Source: Parcubacteria group bacterium
GTDB taxonomy: Bacteria > Patescibacteriota > Minisyncoccia > Phycocordibacterales > Zambryskibacteraceae
Length of the DNA: 64,000 bases
Reading direction: 5' to 3'
Assembly (NCBI GenBank): GCA_028286565.1
Contig: JAQBRH010000002.1
Coordinates: forward strand, 17,876 to 81,875
The notes under the pieces are model-generated. The model had not been told where the DNA came from and made no database searches. It saw only the letters and a program-made list of their open reading frames with translations. Below are positions 9,970 to 17,809 of this stretch, one piece after another. The stretch's first letter is position 1, and each line of letters opens with the position of its first letter. The position numbers were made by a program, and so were the translations under genes.

Positions 9970-10404
9970 TTAAATAAGATGTCTATCTGACTTCCAGACT
10001 ACACCTGAGCCAAAATCTGGAGCTCGAAATAAAGCCTTCTGATCATCCTCACTCATTTTCTGTGCGTACCCGCGTACAAGCTCTAGCTCCTTTGGGTCAG
10101 TAACCTTCCTGAAGCCCGGAGAATCATAGCCAGATCCCGGATCAGATTCCCATTTCAACAATCCCTCACTGTCGTTACCAAAGAGTCTTCCGGACTGTTC
10201 TCTAGACATCCACAGATACGTCTCATACCACCCGTCTATGATAGGTCCCTGAATTAATCTGACACTTTCTTTGTCTAGCCCTGTTTTATAATCTGCTACA
10301 CTCCAAGACCATCCTATTTGTGCTTGAATATCAAATTTAGCAAGGAAAAGTACTACTAAAGCTAATGCAAGCAGGAGCAAATAAAGTGAGTGAGTCTTTT
10401 TCAT
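9970..10404 (-). CDS. Hypothetical secreted protein
   Basis: Signal/TM N-terminus; 4-nt overlap with upstream gene. Confidence 0.6.
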   Translation of the reverse strand: MKKTHSLYLLLLALALVVLFLAKFDIQAQIGWSWSVADYKTGLDKESVRLIQGPIIDGWYETYLWMSREQSGRLFGNDSEGLLKWESDPGSGYDSPGFRKVTDPKELELVRGYAQKMSEDDQKALFRAPDFGSGVVWKSDRHLI

Positions 10405-11060
10405 TTCTTTAAATATTCAAACATCTTCTCTAAAGCAATCTTTCTCATAGAAGTATTGTGTTTTTCATCATCATTCATCTCTGCCCAGGTCTTTTCATGT
10501 CCCTTGGGAATGAAAATGGGATCCCAGCCGAAACCCATTTCTCCTTTTGGAGCATTGGCAATTATTCCCTCCATAGATCCACTAAAGATGCGTACTCCCG
10601 ATTCATCACAAATAGCGAATTGAACTTCAGCTAAAGCGTCTCTGGTATCTAAACCGTCCACCAATCTACAGAGTCCCTCGTTATCAAGTGTTTCCAAAAA
10701 CCATTTAATAAGAGGACCAGGAAGAGATTTCATTCCCTTAAAAACAAGCGATACATCTTCTACTAATACTGGAGACTTTACGATTTCATATGCTCTTTTA
10801 GCCTTATCTTTAACAACTTCTTCCAAGTCTAAAGACTGGATTTCCTTAAGATCTAGTTTGGTGTGAGCAACAGGTAGATGAAAATAGTCTCCAAGATATT
10901 TGGCTTTTCCTTCATTACCCGTGATGAAAGTAAGATTACTCATAGCCTTCATCTTATCCTGATAGTCGTACTTAGCAAGCAGGTCAAATATCACTGCCAA
11001 TTCAGCAATAAACTCTTCGTGTGACTGCTCTAGGTCTTGATCTGTCACTGCTTTACTCAC
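10401..11060 (-). CDS. rdgB: Ham1/RdgB non-canonical purine NTP pyrophosphatase
   Basis: FITGNEGK, EIQS, VEDVSL, LPGPLIKW, FGWDPIF, SMR; domain starts at Met 10943. Confidence 0.92.
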   Translation of the reverse strand: MSKAVTDQDLEQSHEEFIAELAVIFDLLAKYDYQDKMKAMSNLTFITGNEGKAKYLGDYFHLPVAHTKLDLKEIQSLDLEEVVKDKAKRAYEIVKSPVLVEDVSLVFKGMKSLPGPLIKWFLETLDNEGLCRLVDGLDTRDALAEVQFAICDESGVRIFSGSMEGIIANAPKGEMGFGWDPIFIPKGHEKTWAEMNDDEKHNTSMRKIALEKMFEYLKK

Positions 11061-11104
11061 TTAGAAAAGTATTACATTGACGCGTCTTGAGCGTAGCACT
11101 TGTT

Positions 11105-11123
11105 TGCTGGGGAGCAGGGAATC
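11105..11123 (-). repeat. Exact 19-bp duplicate of tRNA-Gln 3' end (attL/attR-like)
   Basis: TGCTGGGGAGCAGGGAATC identical to 13576-13594. Confidence 0.85.
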
Positions 11124-11265
11124 TCGACTACCGTCGCGAGTGGTTTTCGATCTCGACATACTCGATAACGAAAACCCTTTCGATTCCCTGACGCAAGCAA
11201 AGCAGTTTGCTTACTCTCTCCCAGCAGTAAAGCAAAACGAGCAGCCCGTGCCGCTCGTTTGTGCT
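11105..11265. other. Multi-hairpin element built on the tRNA 3'-end copy
   Basis: TGCTGGG..GAG/CTC..CCCAGCA, CAGGGAATC/GATTCCCTG, GGTTTTCG/CGAAAACC, AAGCAAA/TTTGCTT, AAACGAGC/GCTCGTTT stems. Confidence 0.65.
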
Positions 11266-11272
11266 AATAACT

Positions 11273-11300
11273 GCTGGGATTCGTGCGGGATGTTCGAACC
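11273..11300 (+). repeat. 28-bp att-like repeat, copy 3
   Basis: GCTG-ggattcgtgcgg-GATGTTCGAACC. Confidence 0.65.
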
Positions 11301-11863
11301 CTTGTGGCTTCTTGTGATGAGGATTTCGAGAAACGACTCGAGAATATCAGGCGGATCAATGAGGCGACGACGGGAAGGGCTTTGGCTGCCTAGAACGTCT
11401 CGAACGTCCTAACGTCCGGAAATGCAAGGTTCACTGTGCTATTCCTCGAGCTCTACTGCCTCACATTCGGTTTAAACGTTGCGCTACTTCCAGGCATTAC
11501 TATCGACCTACTAGCGGTTACTGGTAGAGGGGTCTGGGGAAGCGCATCTGCTGGTGGAACCAGTGAAGCTGATCTTGTTTGGGTGGAAAGGGATATAGGA
11601 GGAGTGTCTTCACCCTCAGCCGTAAAACGTCGTCGATGTCGTGAAGTCCTATGCGCTGAAATGACCGGACGACCAGAAGTATGGTCGCTGTAGGTAGCCT
11701 CTATTAATATGGTAGCCCCACCAAAGGCTGAGCTCGTTCGCTCGTTGCTTAGAAACACGAGCGCGGCATGCTTTTGGCAAGGGTACGCTAGTGGCTAGTA
11801 CCTGGGTAGCCAAGGAGCTCCCCTGAGGAGCGAGATGCTTGCGCATAGCGCAAGGAGGAATGT

Positions 11864-12037
11864 ATGGGCAAGAAGGACAAGTTCGAGGGACACAAGGACG
11901 AGAGCTTCAACCGTGCGCATGGCCGCCGGGACAACGAGCCGTCCAAGACAAAGCAGGACGACACCAAGCGCGAACGGAATGTCGCCGCAAAGGGTAGTGA
12001 AGAGCACAGCCGCGTAGCCAAAGGCAAGCGCGGTTAG
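11864..12037 (+). CDS. Small highly charged protein (57 aa, not in ORF track)
   Basis: AAGGAGG SD; MGKKDKFEGHKDESFNRAHGRRDNEPSKTKQDDTKRERNVAAKGSEEHSRVAKGKRG; terminator follows. Confidence 0.75.
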   Translation: MGKKDKFEGHKDESFNRAHGRRDNEPSKTKQDDTKRERNVAAKGSEEHSRVAKGKRG

Positions 12038-12064
12038 TAAGCTCCTCTGAGCTCAGTTCGTTGA

Positions 12065-12097
12065 CGGCCGGCGTGATTTCGCTGGCCGTTTTTCTTT
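12065..12097 (+). terminator. Intrinsic terminator
   Basis: ACGGCCGGCG-tgattt-CGCTGGCCGT then T-run. Confidence 0.7.
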
Positions 12098-12119
12098 ATG
12101 ATGATGATACAATTTTATC

Positions 12120-12716
12120 ATGTCACACGAGGCGAACATCGCACGACGCGCATCCTGGCTCGGTAAGCACGGCACGGTCACCCTGATCGAAGATGAGACC
12201 ATTCAGGGGTACCAACATGCCCTTTCGCTCGAAGATGTCGCGGCAAGCTTGAAGCTCCTTCCGGAAGACGATCTAAGAGGCCTCGCCGCTGTCATCCTCC
12301 ACCAGCCTTCGCGAAAGGAAGACGCCGCCCACCCCCGCTGGGCGGCATATTTCTCCGACTATAGTCGGAATGATATCGTCGGTCCAACAATCCTGCTCGA
12401 GGCAGTTCGGCCGGAAGTTCCGAATCGTTGGCCGGTATCTCTTGGGCCCGAAGATGTCCGGGAGCTGAAACTACTTGTAGACGAAGGGCATGTCATCGAT
12501 CGGCAAGAACGGGTTGTCCTGATTTCGAATGACATTCACGCAGTGCGGAATACGCAGCTTCGTTCCTTGGTTCACGAGCTGGGGCATCATGTCGACTATA
12601 TGAGCAACCCAGCTTCGTACGCCTCGAAGGGAAAGAATCACAAAGAGTCTTTCGCGATTCGCTACGCGCGTCACCACGCTGACGTGCTCGACGGGCTGCG
12701 CTTCGCAAGGTCCTAA
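12120..12716 (+). CDS. Zincin-like HExxH metalloprotein
   Basis: LVHELGHHVD with downstream E (KESFA). Confidence 0.7.
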   Translation: MSHEANIARRASWLGKHGTVTLIEDETIQGYQHALSLEDVAASLKLLPEDDLRGLAAVILHQPSRKEDAAHPRWAAYFSDYSRNDIVGPTILLEAVRPEVPNRWPVSLGPEDVRELKLLVDEGHVIDRQERVVLISNDIHAVRNTQLRSLVHELGHHVDYMSNPASYASKGKNHKESFAIRYARHHADVLDGLRFARS

Positions 12717-13063
12717 CATCCGCAGAGTAGGAGAAGGATTCGACTCTCTTCCGATGCCACGCGACCGTGCTGCGTACCGGCGAGCAATTCGCTCTGCAAG
12801 ACGTCGTGCTCGGTGACGCAATATCGCTCGAGCGGTTGACTCCCCGATGGCGGCACGAGCAAGATCCAGTTCATTCCTACCTGGATCTTCGAAAGGAGGT
12901 ATACCACTTCAGACGAGGATGAGCACTGAGTCTTTCCACTTTCAAAAAGCTGTGGATATCTGGTGAGCAAGAACACGTACAATAGAGATGTGGATCAATA
13001 ACTCTCATGTTGGAGGGTGTCGCTATTGTATTTGCCAAAGTTGTAAATATGTGTCCTAATGTG

Positions 13064-13091
13064 GCTGGCCCTATGGGACTATGTTGGAACT
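13064..13091 (+). repeat. 28-bp att-like repeat, copy 4
   Basis: GCTG-gccctatgggac-TATGTTGGAACT; 4 nt from stop of the convergent C39-like gene. Confidence 0.75.
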
Positions 13092-13095
13092 TTTG

Positions 13096-13527
13096 TTAAT
13101 CAAGAGGGTACAAAACATACCAAGGGTTCCCCGGTAGCCTTTTCCTAATACCAGCCTCAATGTTTCTGTCCGGCAAGTTGTGCCAAGGATCCACCCATCC
13201 ATCTTTTACTCTTAATAAATAGTGGCCGACGGGATACTTTTCGTTTTTAGCTATCAGAGTTATAGAACCTATAATTTTAGAATATTTACCTCCTTCCTTT
13301 TTATTAAACTCATATTTTTTATTTTGGTTAAAAAACTTACTTTTATAATTTATGTTTTTAGTTTTTAGATAATTTACAATATCAAATATTTTTACACCTC
13401 TTTCAATTGTATAAAACTTACTTTCAAAATCTTTCTTTACAGTGTCGTATGGTTTATCTAGAAAATTTGCGAGACAAGCAATTCCGCAACCGTTGAGATC
13501 TTTTTGATGTTGCCATTTTTTAGTCAT
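13096..13527 (-). CDS. Peptidase C39-like cysteine peptidase
   Basis: Q.D..GCGIAC, GHY, DPW triad pattern; very AT-rich. Confidence 0.75.
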   Translation of the reverse strand: MTKKWQHQKDLNGCGIACLANFLDKPYDTVKKDFESKFYTIERGVKIFDIVNYLKTKNINYKSKFFNQNKKYEFNKKEGGKYSKIIGSITLIAKNEKYPVGHYLLRVKDGWVDPWHNLPDRNIEAGIRKRLPGNPWYVLYPLD

Positions 13528-13577
13528 ACACCGATCCTACATTTTAATAATATATATGCAAGAGACTACCTTACGTG

Positions 13578-13648
13578 CTGGGGAGCAGGGAATCGAACCC
13601 CAATTAAAGGCTTCAAAGGCCTCTGTCCTACCGTTAGACGACTCCCCA
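13578..13648 (-). tRNA. tRNA-Gln (TTG)
   Basis: TGGGGAG acceptor stem, anticodon arm GAGGC-CTTTGAA-GCCTT, GGTTCGATTCC T-arm; full CCA not encoded. Confidence 0.95.
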
Positions 13649-13750
13649 ATAGGCTTAAGGTATCAAAAAATCGGAGAAATCGCTATCAGTGGTACCCTCG
13701 AATCACCTGTGCTAGGCTACATCTAGAAACCTTCCACCCGGAGCACGAAA

Positions 13751-13996
13751 ATGTCGACAGATAGCCGAGACCAGGTCTTTACTACCATGTGGATTGCGAT
13801 CATCCTCGGGTCCGGGACCGTAGCCGCGGGAATCGTCCTGAGCAATTCCCTGGTGCTTGTGACGGCGGGGATGGTCATTCTTCTTACTCTCATCTTCGGC
13901 TCTATGCAGTACGGACGGTCGCCACTCCCCTCCACCTACTCTCGATGGTGGATCGGGGTATCGTTGGGAACTATTGCTCTGGCGTTCCTCATGTAG
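13751..13996 (+). CDS. Small membrane protein (3 TM)
   Basis: GGAG SD; hydrophobic; hairpin/T-run terminator about 14037-14066. Confidence 0.65.
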   Translation: MSTDSRDQVFTTMWIAIILGSGTVAAGIVLSNSLVLVTAGMVILLTLIFGSMQYGRSPLPSTYSRWWIGVSLGTIALAFLM

Positions 13997-14075
13997 CAGG
14001 CCGAAGGCCCCAGTGACCGGCTTGATCAAAACTTTTCAAAGCTCCCAGCCTGGGTGCTTTTTCTTTACCTAAATA

Positions 14076-14103
14076 GGTTCCAACTTCGTAATAATAGGTT
14101 AGC
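14076..14103 (-). repeat. 28-bp att-like repeat, copy 5 (inverted)
   Basis: - strand GCTA-acctattattac-GAAGTTGGAACC. Confidence 0.75.
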
Positions 14104-14220
14104 AGACAAATTTGATAATGCATTTAACTGAAGGGTGTGTTAATGTCACAACGATTCAGGAGGGTCCTGGACACTGTTCTTTATCGGTGAGCGCGATAAC
14201 CGTTCACAGGAGAGTGGGAT

Positions 14221-14634
14221 ATGTTTGCGAAAACCAAACGTAACGATTGGATCACACGCCTTACACTTCTCTTTTCTTCAGCCGTTGCCCTTGTGCATGA
14301 GAGCAAGCGCTCTCCTAGCCAGACTGAGAAACTTCTGCTGTGCTTACAGGAATTCAAGGATACCCCCGATGAATCAACTGTAATGACTCAGGATGATTAT
14401 GCGGTGCTACGAGTGACTCGCACACACGGGGGAGAGTGGGCCAACTTCATTATGGTGGTAAGGATCGGAGACATTTTTCCATCTCCGTTAGGAAATGAAC
14501 GCCACGAGTTCGTTCACTTCCCGGCTCCCACCACGGGTTTGGGTGGGGTAGGTGGGCGAGTCTTGTTCCTTTTAAAGAAGGAGCAGTCTGCCGTAGTCCG
14601 TGCCCATCTTAGCGAAGTTCCAAAAGAAGACTAG
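14221..14634 (+). CDS. Hypothetical protein
   Basis: AGGAG SD; terminator AGCGACACC...GGTGTCGCT-TTTT at 14641-14670; flanked by repeats exactly 600 bp apart. Confidence 0.65.
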   Translation: MFAKTKRNDWITRLTLLFSSAVALVHESKRSPSQTEKLLLCLQEFKDTPDESTVMTQDDYAVLRVTRTHGGEWANFIMVVRIGDIFPSPLGNERHEFVHFPAPTTGLGGVGGRVLFLLKKEQSAVVRAHLSEVPKED

Positions 14635-14675
14635 ATCTATAGCGACACCGGATGTGAGGTGTCGCTTTTTAATAG

Positions 14676-14703
14676 GGTTCCAACTTCGTACCACAGGGCC
14701 AGC
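14676..14703 (-). repeat. 28-bp att-like repeat, copy 6 (inverted)
   Basis: - strand GCTG-gccctgtggtac-GAAGTTGGAACC. Confidence 0.8.
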
Positions 14704-14758
14704 TAGCGAATTTTGAAAAGAAAAACTCCTCAACAAATTAATGTTGAGGAGATGTGAC

Positions 14759-16000
14759 TTAGATGAATTCTGCGAGCCACCGACCTTCATTCATGAGTTG
14801 AGCGACTTTATTGCCGCTTGCATCATACGCAAAGATGGAGGTGGTTTCGTCTGAGATCATCAGGTCATGGTGCACACCCGACTCGTTGCACCCGATCTCA
14901 GCGAGGTCCTCTTGCGACATGGCTGGTCCACCCTTGAGTGCAGATGCGTATGCTTCACCGAGCGCGATATGGCATCGTTTGTTCTCGTCAAGCAGTGTAC
15001 AGAAGTGAGGTTCAGTGTATTGCGAGAGAGCTGATTCGAGTCCGACGCAGGCGACCTCTCCGAGCTGAGCAGCTCCGTCGTCACGAGAGATCAGCGATCC
15101 AAAAGCTTCTGAGCCTGTCTGTGCGGTGAACTTGCTGACTCGACCCTCAGAGAACCAGATCCGAAGACCTTCAACAATCGGTCCATCGAGCACTGAAGGC
15201 ATCGTTACTCTGACAACACCTTCGGTCTTCCTCCAATCCGGAGTCGTGAAGACCTCAAAGGTTGGCCAGTTCGGCTCAAACCACGTCCCATCTTCAGATT
15301 CCTTGCGTCCACCGAGCCATCTGGCCCGTGAAGACAGTCCAACTTTGAGGTCGGTGCCTTCACCTACAAAATGGAGAGTGGTGATGCCAAGAGTATTGAG
15401 CAAATCACATCGGCGACTCAGGCTGCTATTGAAAACAGTCGCCTGGGCAAGGCTATCATCGCGGTCTGCGCCTGTGATGGTAAACAGAAATTCCCACAAG
15501 TCTTCGATCGAAGTTCCGAGTTTCTTGGCCCAAGCGATCGTAGGCACATCGACAAGGGTCCATGGCTGGAGCATTTTCATGCGCCGAGAAGTGTAGGGTT
15601 CGTTAGCCTTCATGTAGGCTGATTTGAACCCAGATGGATATTTAGGATCTACATCATCCATTACTCCCAGGTCACCATTGCCTTTAAGGGCGATGCGAGC
15701 TCCGTCGTGGTCCACGATCTCTTGTGCTCGAACGCTTACCCATTTAGGCTCGTACAGCTTGTGTGTCTCCGGTGCTCCGAGGAACATGGCGCGCTCGAGC
15801 TCAGGGTTGCGATAGCGTACATCGACCGTTTCAACTCCGAGAGCATAGGCCTCTTTTGCTAAGACGGCGATCAGATGGCCGTGGTCCTCGATCTGATAGC
15901 TGTCGATATAGAGGGGCCGGGGCCTCTGGTCAAAACCAAGTCCGTGTATCAATCCCAATCTTGCATAATTACGCAGTTTTTCTTCAAAGGACAAACTCAT
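14759..16000 (-). CDS. Aminopeptidase, M29 (AmpS/AmpT/PepS) family
   Basis: PNWPTFEVFTTP, LGEVA, LLDEN..CHIALG.AY, N.S.VH.D; start MSLSF with GGAG SD; terminator hairpin 14726-14751. Confidence 0.9.
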   Translation of the reverse strand: MSLSFEEKLRNYARLGLIHGLGFDQRPRPLYIDSYQIEDHGHLIAVLAKEAYALGVETVDVRYRNPELERAMFLGAPETHKLYEPKWVSVRAQEIVDHDGARIALKGNGDLGVMDDVDPKYPSGFKSAYMKANEPYTSRRMKMLQPWTLVDVPTIAWAKKLGTSIEDLWEFLFTITGADRDDSLAQATVFNSSLSRRCDLLNTLGITTLHFVGEGTDLKVGLSSRARWLGGRKESEDGTWFEPNWPTFEVFTTPDWRKTEGVVRVTMPSVLDGPIVEGLRIWFSEGRVSKFTAQTGSEAFGSLISRDDGAAQLGEVACVGLESALSQYTEPHFCTLLDENKRCHIALGEAYASALKGGPAMSQEDLAEIGCNESGVHHDLMISDETTSIFAYDASGNKVAQLMNEGRWLAEFI

Positions 16001-16070
16001 TGGATCTCTCCGGGTGAGGGGTGACTGGCTAGGTAATACCACAAAAATGATAGAAGAGCTAGAAGCAGAA

Positions 16071-16098
16071 GGTTCCAACTTCGTCTCACGGGGCCAGT
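16071..16098 (-). repeat. 28-bp att-like repeat, copy 7 (inverted)
   Basis: - strand ACTG-gccccgtgagac-GAAGTTGGAACC. Confidence 0.8.
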
Positions 16099-16171
16099 AA
16101 AATTTTGTGCTCATAATTTAGTTCTTAATACGTCTGCTATACTTGAACATAATTATTAATTAGCTATCACC

Positions 16172-16564
16172 ATGAACAGACCAGTACACTTTGAGATCCA
16201 GGCAGACAACATCGAGCGGGCAAAAACATTCTATGAGAAGGTCCTCGGCTGGAAGATCGAACAGATGATGAAGAAAGAAGAGGGAGGAATGGATTATTGG
16301 GGACTCGACACTGGGGACAGCACTCCGGGCATCAACGGAGGCCTCTATGCTCGAGCAGAAGGGACAGACAAGCTCTACACGTACGACTGCACCATCGCTG
16401 TTGAAGACGTGGACAAGGCCGTTGAGGCCGTAAAGGCGAACGGCGGCACCGTCCTCCGCGAGAAGTCCGAGATCCCGGGCGTCGGCTTTTTTGCGCGCTG
16501 CAAGGATACTGAAGGCAACCTGTTCGGATTGATGCAGCCGACGGGCTGGGATGGGAGCAAATAA
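16172..16564 (+). CDS. VOC/glyoxalase family protein
   Basis: VHFEI..D...RA..FY..VLGW, GINGG, DTEGN.FGL.Q. Confidence 0.92.
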   Translation: MNRPVHFEIQADNIERAKTFYEKVLGWKIEQMMKKEEGGMDYWGLDTGDSTPGINGGLYARAEGTDKLYTYDCTIAVEDVDKAVEAVKANGGTVLREKSEIPGVGFFARCKDTEGNLFGLMQPTGWDGSK

Positions 16565-16656
16565 CAGAACAGGAAGAAGAAAATCAAATGCACCAAAGGG
16601 TGCATTTTTTCGTATATAGCTGAGTTAAGAATTAAAAATAAATGAAAAAATAAGGC

Positions 16657-16683
16657 TGTAATGAATTTTCATATAGGTCGTCA
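16657..16683 (+). promoter_or_regulatory. ECF-type promoter
   Basis: TGTAAT-N16-CGTCA upstream of KGG gene. Confidence 0.6.
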
Positions 16684-16761
16684 GTAGATGTAGGTCGAGA
16701 TTATAAACCAATCTGAGCAGCAGAATGTCTGCTCATCATTAGAAGAATTAATTTCACTACA

Positions 16762-17061
16762 ATGGCTAACAACGATAGAAACAGCGGTGGAGGCAGCGGA
16801 GGTAACAGCGGGGGAAACAATGGAGGAAATAACGGAGGGAACAGCGGCGGAAGCAACCGCGGATTCGCGGGCATGGATCGCGACAAACAGCGAGAAATAG
16901 CTTCTGAAGGAGGCCGAGTCGCTCATGAACGAGGAAACGCTCATGAGTGGGATTCGGAATCCGCTCGAGAGGCCGGCCGCAAGGGTGGCCAGAGCCGCAG
17001 CCAAAACAGCTCCGGTTCAGGCAATAGAGATTCCCTCGGCGAGGACAATCGCGGAATGTAG
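16762..17061 (+). CDS. KGG-repeat general stress protein
   Basis: RGFAGMD.DKQREIAS.GG...AHEW.SE.AREAGRKGG; N-terminal GGN repeats. Confidence 0.9.
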   Translation: MANNDRNSGGGSGGNSGGNNGGNNGGNSGGSNRGFAGMDRDKQREIASEGGRVAHERGNAHEWDSESAREAGRKGGQSRSQNSSGSGNRDSLGEDNRGM

Positions 17062-17090
17062 ACTATATAGAAGAGTGAAAAAGGAGAGAC

Positions 17091-17117
17091 AAAGACCCCG
17101 AGCAATGCGGGGTCTTT
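17091..17117 (+). terminator. Intrinsic terminator
   Basis: AAAGACCCCG...CGGGGTCTTT. Confidence 0.7.
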
Positions 17118-17192
17118 CGTCGCTTTACTGATGAGCTTGCATGTGGTGTGGTTATTTTCTATAATTCGAGTTGATTAAAACTAACATCATCT

Positions 17193-17771
17193 ATGAACAC
17201 CACCACCCTCCATCACCAGCACAGCAAACTCGAAAAGAAAATTAATTTTACCCCGCGATACGACCGCACTGTGGAGTGGTTCGGAGGTGTGAATTATTCG
17301 AACTTCGACCGGGCCGTGAATGATATCAAATCCCTTCTGCGGGAAAATCCGCGCGAAGAGATCCAGCTCGTTGTCAGTTCGTACGGAGGATCAACGGGGA
17401 TCGGGATGGGATTCTATGATTCGATGACCTCGATCATGAAGCCGCACCTCACCACCATCGGCACAGGCGACGTTGATTCTTCGGGAGTCATCGTCTTCCT
17501 CGCGGGCTCAAAGAGATTCCTCACCAAGAACACGCACCTCCTCCTCCACCTCGGAGGCCGGACCTTCGAAGAAGGCAAGCGATTCTCCACATATGACATC
17601 GAAGACATGCTGAAAGAGAATAAGTTGAAGGATTATCAGTATGCCTGCGTCCTCGCCGATGCGACGGAAGGAAGGTATTCTCCGGAGCGGATCCTCGAGC
17701 TCATGTCGAAGAACACCATTCTCTCGGCCGAAGAAGCCGTCCGCATGGGTCTCGCACACAAAGTGATATAA
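17193..17771 (+). CDS. ClpP-like protease subunit (divergent)
   Basis: SYGGS, G.VDSSG, LLH, LSAEEAV.MGL. Confidence 0.8.
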   Translation: MNTTTLHHQHSKLEKKINFTPRYDRTVEWFGGVNYSNFDRAVNDIKSLLRENPREEIQLVVSSYGGSTGIGMGFYDSMTSIMKPHLTTIGTGDVDSSGVIVFLAGSKRFLTKNTHLLLHLGGRTFEEGKRFSTYDIEDMLKENKLKDYQYACVLADATEGRYSPERILELMSKNTILSAEEAVRMGLAHKVI

Positions 17772-17772
17772 C

Positions 17773-17801
17773 AAAAAACCACTCTCGATCGAGTGGTTTT
17801 T
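17773..17801. terminator. Bidirectional terminator
   Basis: AAAAAACCACTC-tcgatc-GAGTGGTTTTT between convergent genes. Confidence 0.75.
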
Positions 17802-17809
17802 ATAGAGAT

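Larger units (their letters stand above)
11124..13575. mobile_element. Small integrase-less island between tRNA-Gln and its 3' duplicate
   Basis: Flanked by 19-bp direct repeat; contains orphan genes of mixed GC content; no recombinase. Confidence 0.6.

Noticed and set aside
11384-11405. GCTGCCTAGAACGTCTCGAACG as another repeat copy
   Set aside because: Wrong spacing and lacks GTT; may be chance.
11077-11412. 111-aa ORF across the tRNA duplicate
   Set aside because: Runs through the hairpin element with no protein-like motif; better explained as noncoding.
12713-12982. 89-aa minus-strand ORF
   Set aside because: TTG start, no clear initiation signal or motif; unsupported.
12900-14200. oriC or dif at the polarity switch
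   Set aside because: Only two imperfect DnaA boxes, no dnaA/dnaN, no XerCD dif consensus seen; GC skew could not be computed.
4569-16098. Classical integron (attC/IntI) or CRISPR interpretation of the 28-bp repeats
   Set aside because: GTTGGAA resembles the GTTRRRY core, but there is no paired RYYYAAC palindrome and no IntI. Spacing is 0.6-5 kb with degenerate copies and no cas genes, so it is not CRISPR.
16071-16098. TGA recoding (code 25 or 4) suggested by TGA aligned to TGG in repeat copy 7
   Set aside because: mreC, ftsI and folD end in TGA at expected positions and core genes are intact under code 11.
16001-16114. ORF-track N-terminal extension of the aminopeptidase (also those at 25440, 30207 and 42001)
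   Set aside because: Extensions cross repeats or promoters; internal starts have SD or -10 support and match family N-termini.
16780-16860. GGN-encoding tandem repeats as a DNA repeat element
   Set aside because: Low-complexity coding sequence of the KGG protein with synonymous variation.
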